Assembly: GCA_021732605.1 (NCBI GenBank)
Contig: JAKFUS010000034.1
Location: forward strand, 51,146-83,145
From: Betaproteobacteria bacterium
Lineage (GTDB): Bacteria > Pseudomonadota > Gammaproteobacteria > Burkholderiales > SG8-41
Length of the DNA stretch: 32,000 bases
Direction: 5' to 3'
In this document: one piece after another, positions 24,022 to 30,916 of the stretch
How the letters are laid out: each line of letters begins with the position of its first letter
How positions within the stretch are numbered: the first letter of the stretch is position 1
Made by a program: the position numbers and the translations under genes
Notes under the pieces: model-generated
The model's input: the letters and a program-made list of their open reading frames with translations, nothing else
What the model was told of the DNA's origin: nothing
Database searches by the model: none

Positions 24022-25731
24022 TTGTTAATCTGGTTCCGCTGCGTGCCGGATTGTAGAAAAAACCTGCGGATAATTTTGAAAAATCTCAGCGCTCGCGCCC
24101 GTATCGCTTTACTGGTCATTGCTTCGGCACTGCCGATTCTGGCATTGGTGATTTACAGCAGCTTCATGCAGCGCGAAGCTGCGGAGCGTGACGAGCAGCA
24201 GGAGTTGCGGCTGATCGCCGAGCTGGTTGCCAAGCGTCCTGAGCAGCTCATGGAGAGCGCTCATCAACTACTGATTGCGATTGGCAGCCAGGGGGACCAT
24301 CTGCTGGCTGATCGCATGGAATGTCACCTTTATTTCCGTCGCTTGTTGCCCGAGGGGGGCGGCCTGTACCGGGCGATGGGACTGACCCTGCCCAGCGGCG
24401 ATGTTTTTTGCAGTTCGACCGTCAGCAACAGCGGTGGATCGGCCAACGTCAGGGATCGTCCCTATTTCAGGATGGCGGTGGAGAGCGGCAAGTTCAGTGT
24501 CGGTGAATACCAGGTCGGACGGGTGACTGGTTCGTCAGGAATCAATTTCGCCTATCCGGTGATGAATCCCGACGGGAGCCTGAAGGTGGTGGCATTCGCC
24601 GGGCTCAATATCGATACCTTCATCGAGCAGGGTGAATCCCGTCGCGAAGGCCTGCTTTACGCCCTTGGCCGCGTGGTCACCATTCTCGACCGCAACAGTA
24701 TTGTGCTCGCGCAATATCCGCGCGGCAGGGCGCGTGTCGGCGAAAAGTATCCGAACACGCGCGTTGTAGAGGCCTTGTCCCAGCCGGGCAACGGCATGTT
24801 TACCGCCATGGATCAGGATGCGGTGTCGCGGCTGTATGCCGTTGAAAACGCCGGCATGAATCCCGACGGCGTTGCACCGTTGCGCGTCATTGTCAGCACG
24901 CCATCGCAGATGATTTTCGCGGCAGCGAACCAGACCTTGCGGCGCACCGCCTTTGGTATTCTCGCCATCACCATCCTGCTGGTGGTGGTCGCCTGGTTCG
25001 GCGCCGAGGCCCTGGTGCTGCGCCGTGTGCGCACTTTGCTCGAAGTGGCCGACCGCATACGCACCGGCGACCTGGCCGCGCGTACCGGCTTCGGTGAGGG
25101 TGATGAAGAACTGACCCGGCTCGGTTCCGCGCTTGATTCGATGGCGCAGGAACTGCAGATTCGCGACGGTGAGTTGCAGAACGCTTTGCAGCGCCTAAAT
25201 CATCAGGCGGCGACAGATCAGCTGACCGGTCTGCCGAACCGGCGTTACCTGTGGGAAGCGCTGGGCGCCGAACTGATGCGCGCCCGTCGCAAACAGACGC
25301 CGCTGGCGGTGATCATGCTGGACATCGACCACTTCAAGCAGGTCAACGACCGCTGGGGACATGAGGCCGGCGATCTGGTACTGAAAAACGTGACCTACGC
25401 CATTCGTGCCGTGGTTCGTGGCTCTGATATTGTGGCGCGCCATGGCGGCGAGGAATTTGTCATCGTGCTGCCTGAAGCCCTCGAGGAGATCGCGCTGGCA
25501 CGCGCCGAGGCGGTGCGCAGCGCAATCGCCGCCCTGCAATTGACCTACGGCGGCGAGTCGCTCGGGACGATCACCGCTTCATTTGGAGTGGCCATTACCC
25601 GCAAATTGAGCGAGACCGCCGAAGGCCTGGTGCGCATTTCCGACCAGGCGATGTACGAAGCCAAGCAGGGTGGGCGCAACCGCATAGTGATCAAAAATGC
25701 GGATACTGGGATCCTGGACACAGCGACCTGA
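24022..25731 (+). CDS. membrane-bound diguanylate cyclase: periplasmic Cache-like sensor, HAMP, GGDEF
   Basis: No ATG lies upstream of the first TM helix, so the start is TTG 24022 or TTG 24076. TM1 IALLVIASALPILALVIYSSF, an ~260-aa periplasmic region, TM2 FGILAITILLVVVAWFGAEALVL, then HAMP-like RRVRTLLEVADRIRTGDLAART. GGDEF domain with LTGLPNRR, active-site GGEEF (nt 25444-25458) and an RGSD I-site five residues upstream. Confidence 0.88.
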   Translation: MLIWFRCVPDCRKNLRIILKNLSARARIALLVIASALPILALVIYSSFMQREAAERDEQQELRLIAELVAKRPEQLMESAHQLLIAIGSQGDHLLADRMECHLYFRRLLPEGGGLYRAMGLTLPSGDVFCSSTVSNSGGSANVRDRPYFRMAVESGKFSVGEYQVGRVTGSSGINFAYPVMNPDGSLKVVAFAGLNIDTFIEQGESRREGLLYALGRVVTILDRNSIVLAQYPRGRARVGEKYPNTRVVEALSQPGNGMFTAMDQDAVSRLYAVENAGMNPDGVAPLRVIVSTPSQMIFAAANQTLRRTAFGILAITILLVVVAWFGAEALVLRRVRTLLEVADRIRTGDLAARTGFGEGDEELTRLGSALDSMAQELQIRDGELQNALQRLNHQAATDQLTGLPNRRYLWEALGAELMRARRKQTPLAVIMLDIDHFKQVNDRWGHEAGDLVLKNVTYAIRAVVRGSDIVARHGGEEFVIVLPEALEEIALARAEAVRSAIAALQLTYGGESLGTITASFGVAITRKLSETAEGLVRISDQAMYEAKQGGRNRIVIKNADTGILDTAT

Positions 25732-25743
25732 TCAGCACCGTAC

Positions 25744-25768
25744 AAAAAAACCCCGGCTTGCGCCGGGG
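25744..25768 (-). terminator. rho-independent terminator oriented for a minus-strand transcript
   Basis: Stem CCCCGGC (25751-57) / GCCGGGG (25762-68), loop TTGC. A7 at 25744-50 gives U7 after the hairpin on the minus strand. On the plus strand the hairpin is followed by AAAACAGGGG, with no U tract. Confidence 0.7.
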
Positions 25769-25931
25769 AAAACAGGGGTTCGTTGCGTAAAGCGCTGCGG
25801 AAAATACGGTTCCGGGATTCACTGAATGCCTTTGCCGATAACGTGGTCTGCTGCGGCATAAGCCGTCAGCAAATGGTGGTGATTTTCTTCACTGTTTTTG
25901 CACTCGATTGTTACTGGTCATGAATTCTTGC
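25744..25931 (-). ncRNA. candidate sigma-54-dependent small RNA (about 190 nt), hypothetical
   Basis: Interval between the predicted start of the sigma-54-type promoter (25941-25957, minus) and the minus-strand terminator. The only ORF inside is 10 codons (MTSNNRVQKQ) without an SD. No Rfam family recognised by eye. Confidence 0.3.
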
Positions 25932-25940
25932 GGGTAGATA

Positions 25941-25957
25941 GTGCAGACATCGTGCCA
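25941..25957 (-). promoter_or_regulatory. sigma-54 (-24/-12)-type promoter candidate
   Basis: The minus strand reads TGGCACGATGTCTGCAC, i.e. TGGCAC-N5-CTGC against the consensus TGGCAC-N5-TTGC. The GG/GC spacing is exact and there is one mismatch. This is the only such match I found on either strand by eye. Confidence 0.4.
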
Positions 25958-26288
25958 GCTTAAAATTATAAATAAAAACAATAACTTATAGTGTTTCTTC
26001 AGAGTAAATTTGTCGCCGTTACCCGACGGCCACCAGAATTTCCTGCTAACTATTTGTTTTAAATGGATTTTTTTGTCTCCCCGCGGAGACGGCTGCAACA
26101 CAGGCCGGTTTGGCCGCGGTGATTGACGGTTGTGCCGTGTAATCGCCGGCACTGCCCGAACTTCGACGCACAGCCGCCGCACCATGCCGCTGGTCCGCTG
26201 CACCCCTGCGTCTGTCGGCCTGAATCCGGGTACGGCTTATGCGAGTGTTAACCGCAGCAACCCTGAAAGTGAGAAAGCGAGGTGTGAC

Positions 26289-26465
26289 ATGAGTATGCTG
26301 CTGACCATGCTGATGATTTATTTCGGACTGGTGGTGCTGTGGGCGGCGCCGCGACTGTACCGTTTATTGCGTGCACAGATACGCGCCTGCTGGTACGCCG
26401 CGCCGCCGCAGCGAGCCGTTAAGCTCGCCACGCGCCATGCTGACCCGCTGCAAAGCTGCGAGTGA
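26289..26465 (+). CDS. small (58-aa) single-pass membrane protein, hypothetical
   Basis: GAGG (26279-82) 6 nt before ATG 26289. MSMLLTMLMIYFGLVVLWAAP (TM) followed by a basic tail RLYRLLRAQIRACWY. The stop TGA 26463-65 overlaps the GTG 26462 start of the MFS gene (GTGA). The upstream part of ORF 26130-26465 does not look coding. Confidence 0.45.
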   Translation: MSMLLTMLMIYFGLVVLWAAPRLYRLLRAQIRACWYAAPPQRAVKLATRHADPLQSCE

Positions 26466-27769
26466 CAGAGGCCGCCCGCAACAGCCTCGCGCCCGGCGTA
26501 CGCCGGCGCGAAGTATGGGCGTGGGCGATGTATGACTTCGCCAACTCAGGCTACACCACGGTGGTCATCACGGCGGTATTCAGCGCCTATTTTGTTGCCG
26601 AAGTCGCCGGCAACGCGCCGTGGGCGACATTGGCGTGGACCGCAGCACTGGCGGTGTCCTATGCGCTGGTCATGCTGACGGCCCCGGTGATCGGTGCGTA
26701 CGCGGATGCCCGTGCCGCAAAAAAACGTCTGCTTGCAGTCACCACGCTGGGCTGCATGACGTTTACTGCGGGTCTGGCGCTGGCCGGGCGCGGCGACGTG
26801 GCCACCGGTGTGGCGTTGATCATTCTGTCGAATTTTTTCTTTGGCAGCGGTGAAAATCTGATCGCCGCATTTCTGCCGGAACTGGCCGAAGGCGAGGGCA
26901 TGGGCCGGGTCTCGGGCTGGGGCTGGAGCCTCGGTTACCTGGGCGGACTGGTTTCGCTGGGCGCCTGCCTGGCTTACGTGACCTGGGCGCAGGCGCAGGG
27001 CATGCCGGCGACGGTTTTTGTGCCGGTCACCATGCTGATCACAGCAGCGATTTTTGCGCTGGCATCCCTGCCGACATTTTTGCTGCTGAAAGAACGCGCG
27101 GTGGCCAAGCCCGCGACCGGTTTGCCGGTGCGCACCGCTTTTGCGCAGTTGCGCGAAACCCTGCGCACGGCCCACCGTTATCGCGACCTGCGGCGGTTCC
27201 TGCTGTGCCTGGTGTTCTGCCAGGCCGGCATCCAGACCGTGATTGCGCTGGCGGCGATTTATGCGCAGCAGGCGATGGGCTTCACCACCCGCGACACGCT
27301 GTTGCTGATCCTGGTGGTGAATGTCACCGCAGCGCTGGGGGCCTTCGCTTTCGGTTATGTGCAGGATCGCCTCGGTCACGTGCGCACCATCGTGCTGACG
27401 CTGATGGGCTGGATCATTACCGTGCTGCTGGCGTGGCGTGCCGAAGGGCCGGCACTGTTCTGGGTTGCGGCGAATATGGTCGGGCTTTGCCTCGGCTCCA
27501 GCCAGTCTGCCGGTCGCGCGCTGGTGGGTTACCTCAGCCCGCCGGGACGGCAGGCTGAATTTTTCGGGTTGTGGGGACTGGCAGTGAAATTTTCTTCCAT
27601 CCTCGGCCCGCTGACTTATGGCATGGTGACCTGGCTTTCGGGGGGCGATCACCGCCTGGCAATCCTGATTACCGGCGCTTATTTTGTTGTCGGCATTGGC
27701 ATCATCGAGGGCGTGGATGCAGCGCGCGGACGCGCCGCTGCGGTTGGCGCTGACCCCGCTGCCCGCTAG
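26462..27769 (+). CDS. MFS transporter, Atg22/UMF1-like family
   Basis: 435 aa with a GTG start. N-terminal EVWAWAMYDFANSGYTTVV motif characteristic of bacterial Atg22-like MFS proteins. About 12 hydrophobic helices by eye. Confidence 0.82.
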   Translation: MTEAARNSLAPGVRRREVWAWAMYDFANSGYTTVVITAVFSAYFVAEVAGNAPWATLAWTAALAVSYALVMLTAPVIGAYADARAAKKRLLAVTTLGCMTFTAGLALAGRGDVATGVALIILSNFFFGSGENLIAAFLPELAEGEGMGRVSGWGWSLGYLGGLVSLGACLAYVTWAQAQGMPATVFVPVTMLITAAIFALASLPTFLLLKERAVAKPATGLPVRTAFAQLRETLRTAHRYRDLRRFLLCLVFCQAGIQTVIALAAIYAQQAMGFTTRDTLLLILVVNVTAALGAFAFGYVQDRLGHVRTIVLTLMGWIITVLLAWRAEGPALFWVAANMVGLCLGSSQSAGRALVGYLSPPGRQAEFFGLWGLAVKFSSILGPLTYGMVTWLSGGDHRLAILITGAYFVVGIGIIEGVDAARGRAAAVGADPAAR

Positions 27770-27868
27770 AATGGAATCGAACGGGGACTTCATGCAGCGG
27801 CGGCAACGCAGGGGCGGTGCTGATCCACGGCAACCATCGGTAACAATAATGACAAGGGAACAACAGCC

Positions 27869-29413
27869 ATGCTCGGATTTCTGACCGGCGGCAAGGTGGA
27901 TCATCCGATGGCCGACATCAAAAAGGCCCGGGAGATCGTCGCTGATTTGCCATCCGACCCGATGAAAGCGCTGGGCGAGATTACTCACTGGCTCGACACT
28001 CTGCGCGAAACCAAGGCCTACAAGCTTGATCGCCTGTTCGAAAACATCGACCTGCTTGATGGCGCCGCGAAAAATTATCAGCGCAAACTGGCGCAGGATT
28101 ATTTTGCGACCTCGCGCCAGCAGAAATTCCAGGAAAGCCGTTTGTGGACCGGCAGCTACGCCTTCTGGAAGGCCCTGAGTGACGCCTATCTGGAATGTGT
28201 ATCGCGTTTTGAATCCGCTCAGACGGGGGGCACAGCCTTCCGCAAAAACCTGCCGGTGATCGTCGCGCGTACGCTGCGTGCGCTGACCTTGCAGCTGAAA
28301 TGGATCCTGGTGCGTTACGGCCCGGTGGATCCGCGGGTGTGGTCCGATATCGGCCGCCTCTACCAGTTTGCCGAAGCTTCCGGTTTTGCCGGCAATGCCA
28401 TCGCGATTTATCCCGGCTCCCACGGCAGCGGTTCGGTCAAGCAGGAATTCCTCAAGGCAGTGATGCTCAGCATCTCGTCGACCGACGGCCTGAGTCCGAT
28501 GCGCCAGGAAATTGCCGAACGCGCGGTTGCGCATTTTTCATCCGGTTTCCGTATTGCGCAGCAACCGGGTCCGGGCTGCGGTTACTGTTTCGACATCGCC
28601 GGCGGCAAACCGCCGTTTCGTGTGGTCGGTGAAAAAACACTGCCGGCAACGGCGCGTTATTTTGGCGCCGGTGATGCGCTGGCGGAATTGCAGAAAGTGG
28701 AAGCGACCATCCGTGAAACCGGCGCGATCCCGTCGAGCGTGCATCTCGGCGGCACTTACGACAACGACACTGTGCTGCCGGTGCTGCGCCACCTGATTTC
28801 ATACTGGTCGGATGACGCCCCTGCGCGAAATACCCAGCGCCGCCAGACGGCGACGCGGATGACGGTGCTGCACGGCATGGCGGAAATCCTGCAGACCCTG
28901 GATCCTGCGCACAGCGATGAACTCGATTTCAGCACCGATTCCTCGGCCGAGAGCTGGATTGTCGAAAATGTCAGCGACGGCGGCTGCGGCGCAATCATTC
29001 CGGCGGCGAAAAGCGACTGGGTGCGCGTCGGCGCGCTGATCGGCGTCAAGACCGAAATCGCGCAGCACTGGGGCATCGGCATCATCCGCCGTGTCAGCCG
29101 CGACGAACACCAGCAGCGCCGCGTCGGCGTGCAGGTGCTGTCGAAAGTGGCGATTCCGGTGCGGGTTGGCAAATCGGGCGGCGCATTCGCTTCCGGCCCT
29201 GCCACGCCCACCGATTCCGCCCTACTGCTGTCGACGACGCCGGACAGCAAAGGCGAAGTCGGCGTGGTGATGCGCGACGGCATCTTCAGCTCGCGCGACA
29301 GTTTCGACATGGTGGTCAACAACAAGCCCTATCTGCTGATGCCGTCGCGACTGGCCGAGGGCGGCGAGGATTTCGACTGGGCGATGTTCAGGGTGATGGC
29401 GCGCAGTTCCTGA
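27869..29413 (+). CDS. 514-aa protein with C-terminal PilZ-like (putative c-di-GMP-binding) domain and unassigned N-terminal ~310 aa
   Basis: ATG 27869. RNTQRR (aa 320-325, RxxxR) and NVSDGG (aa 367-372, D/NxSxxG), followed by beta-rich GALIGVKTEI...WGIGIIRRVS...RRVGVQVLS, as in PilZ domains. The gap between the two motifs (41 aa) is longer than canonical. The N-terminal region is helical-looking with no recognisable family. Confidence 0.6.
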   Translation: MLGFLTGGKVDHPMADIKKAREIVADLPSDPMKALGEITHWLDTLRETKAYKLDRLFENIDLLDGAAKNYQRKLAQDYFATSRQQKFQESRLWTGSYAFWKALSDAYLECVSRFESAQTGGTAFRKNLPVIVARTLRALTLQLKWILVRYGPVDPRVWSDIGRLYQFAEASGFAGNAIAIYPGSHGSGSVKQEFLKAVMLSISSTDGLSPMRQEIAERAVAHFSSGFRIAQQPGPGCGYCFDIAGGKPPFRVVGEKTLPATARYFGAGDALAELQKVEATIRETGAIPSSVHLGGTYDNDTVLPVLRHLISYWSDDAPARNTQRRQTATRMTVLHGMAEILQTLDPAHSDELDFSTDSSAESWIVENVSDGGCGAIIPAAKSDWVRVGALIGVKTEIAQHWGIGIIRRVSRDEHQQRRVGVQVLSKVAIPVRVGKSGGAFASGPATPTDSALLLSTTPDSKGEVGVVMRDGIFSSRDSFDMVVNNKPYLLMPSRLAEGGEDFDWAMFRVMARSS

Positions 29414-29420
29414 GCGCGCC

Positions 29421-30299
29421 ATGACGATCCCCGGCCGCAGCATGACGGCTGCGCGCCTGGCCCTGCTGACAACGTTGGCGATGGCTGCATTTGCCGCCAA
29501 CTCGCTGCTGTGCCGCGTCGCGCTGCGCGATACCGCCATCGACGCAGCGACGTTCACCTCGGTGCGGCTGGTTGCCGGTGCGCTGACCTTGTGGCTGATC
29601 GTCGCTTTGCGCAGCGGAAAACCCGGTGTCGCCGGCAGTTGGTACTCCGCGCTGGCATTGTTTGCCTATGCCATCGCATTTTCATGGGCTTATCGCAGTC
29701 TTAGTGCAGCAGCGGGCGCCCTGCTGTTGTTCGGTTCAGTCCAGGCAACGATGATCACGTACGGATTGTGGAGTGGCGAGCGACTGCGCGGCCGGCAGTG
29801 GATCGGACTGTTGTTCGCCTTGGGCGGACTGGCGGGGCTGATGCTGCCGGGGCTGTCGGCGCCGCCGCTCACCGGCGCATTGCTGATGATGACCGCCGGC
29901 ATGGCCTGGGGCGTGTATTCGCTGCGCGGCAAGGGGGCCGGTGACCCGGCCAGCGCGACCGCCGGCAATTTCCTGCGCACGGTGCCGATTACGCTGGCCT
30001 TGAGCCTGTTCCTGCTCGGTGATGCGCGCTGGGATCAGGCGGGTGTCTGGTATGCCTTGGCTTCCGGCGCTGTGGCCTCAGGGATCGGTTATGCGATCTG
30101 GTTTGCCGCTTTGCCCGGCCTCAAGGCGACCAGTGCTGCGACGGTACAGTTGAGCGTGCCGGTGATTGCCGCCATTGGCGGCATCATGTTCCTCGGCGAA
30201 AGCCTGACGCTACGGCTGGTGCTGGCGTCGGTGACTATACTCGGCGGCATTGCGCTGGTGATCTTTTGGCAAAAAGCGGGGCCGTCGCGGAAAACCTGA
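29421..30299 (+). CDS. EamA/DMT-family transporter
   Basis: 292 aa, about 10 hydrophobic helices arranged as two similar halves. Starts 7 nt after the upstream stop. No SD; ATG 29442 is an alternative start. Confidence 0.8.
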   Translation: MTIPGRSMTAARLALLTTLAMAAFAANSLLCRVALRDTAIDAATFTSVRLVAGALTLWLIVALRSGKPGVAGSWYSALALFAYAIAFSWAYRSLSAAAGALLLFGSVQATMITYGLWSGERLRGRQWIGLLFALGGLAGLMLPGLSAPPLTGALLMMTAGMAWGVYSLRGKGAGDPASATAGNFLRTVPITLALSLFLLGDARWDQAGVWYALASGAVASGIGYAIWFAALPGLKATSAATVQLSVPVIAAIGGIMFLGESLTLRLVLASVTILGGIALVIFWQKAGPSRKT

Positions 30300-30356
30300 G
30301 GCTTGTTACCATGGCTCAGTGCCGCAGTTAAGTATCATTTTTAAACAGGAGCCGTC

Positions 30357-30809
30357 GTGTCTGACCCGCTGACTATCCGTTCCGCAGTGTCCGCTGATTT
30401 TGAGCAATGGCTCCCGTTATGGGAGGGCTACAACAGCTTTTACGAACGCACGGTGCCGCCGGAAGTGACACGGGTGACCTGGTCGCGATTTTTTGATGCC
30501 TACGAACCCATGCATGCCATTGTTGCCGAACGCGACGGCAAACTGCTGGGCCTGGTGCATTACCTGTTCCATCGCAATACCGCGATGCTGGGGCCGACCT
30601 GTTACCTGCAGGATTTGTTCACGGTGGCGAATATGCGCGGGCAGGGCATCGGCCGCGCGCTGATTGAAGCAGTTTACGAGCGTGCGCAGGCGGCGGGTTC
30701 GTCGCGGGTCTACTGGATGACCCAGGAATCCAATGCTAAGGCGCGCAAGCTATATGACCAGGTGGCCGAACGTTCGGGTTTTATCCAGTACCGCCGGCAG
30801 TTCCATTGA
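30357..30809 (+). CDS. GNAT-family N-acetyltransferase
   Basis: AGGAG (30347-51) 5 nt before GTG 30357; 150 aa. Acetyl-CoA-binding motif MRGQGIGRALIEAV and downstream YWMTQESNAKARKLYD. Confidence 0.85.
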   Translation: MSDPLTIRSAVSADFEQWLPLWEGYNSFYERTVPPEVTRVTWSRFFDAYEPMHAIVAERDGKLLGLVHYLFHRNTAMLGPTCYLQDLFTVANMRGQGIGRALIEAVYERAQAAGSSRVYWMTQESNAKARKLYDQVAERSGFIQYRRQFH

Positions 30810-30815
30810 GAATTC

Positions 30816-30890
30816 TGTAAATGGGAAAACCATTTACAGCTGATATCTCCCCTCTCCCCCGGGGAGAGGGGCCGGGGGTGAGGGATAACC
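30816..30890. repeat. two adjacent palindromes between convergent genes, the second REP-like
   Basis: TGTAAATGG-GAAAA-CCATTTACA (30816-30838). CCCCTCTCC(30849-57)-loop-GGAGAGGGG(30863-71) followed by GCCGGGGGTGAGGG. No U tract on either side. The second resembles CCCTCTCCC...GGGAGAGGG...GGGGTGAGGG-type intergenic repeats that I recall from other proteobacteria. Only one copy is present in this window. Confidence 0.5.
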
Positions 30891-30916
30891 GTTTGGAAAG
30901 CCCTCAATATGCAGCC

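Noticed and set aside
25751-25768. Hairpin as the terminator of the diguanylate cyclase gene
   Set aside because: On the plus strand it is followed by AAAACAGGGG with no U tract. The A7 run upstream gives the U tract only on the minus strand. It may still attenuate plus-strand read-through, but it is oriented for a minus-strand RNA.
25744-25931. Candidate RNA being 6S RNA or a tRNA-like gene
   Set aside because: The 5' and 3' ends are not complementary, so there is no long closing helix with a central bubble. No T-loop (GGTTCGAATCC-like) or cloverleaf is present.
25889-26203. 104-aa minus-strand ORF, and the N-terminal part (26130-26288) of the 111-aa plus-strand ORF in the gene-free gap
   Set aside because: There is no SD. 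The composition switches between AT-rich and GC-rich non-coding-like sequence. The peptides are low-complexity with no motif. Only the distal 58-aa part of the plus ORF looks coding.
26100-26288. c-di-GMP (GEMM) or other riboswitch in the leader of the small ORF/MFS operon
   Set aside because: I could not find the conserved GEMM-I/II core sequences or any other riboswitch signature by eye. Only generic GC-rich hairpins are present. It is left as a low-priority cmscan check.
26546-28534. 662-aa minus-strand ORF spanning the MFS gene, the intergenic spacer and part of the PilZ-like gene
   Set aside because: It is Arg/His/Gln/Gly-rich with no motifs and no SD. It lies exactly antisense to two genes with good family signatures. 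This is the typical stop-poor shadow frame of GC3-rich coding sequence.
30357-30809. GNAT as the toxin of a GNAT/RHH toxin-antitoxin pair
   Set aside because: There is no small antitoxin ORF upstream or downstream. The upstream gene is an EamA transporter, and the motif pattern is that of an ordinary metabolic GNAT.
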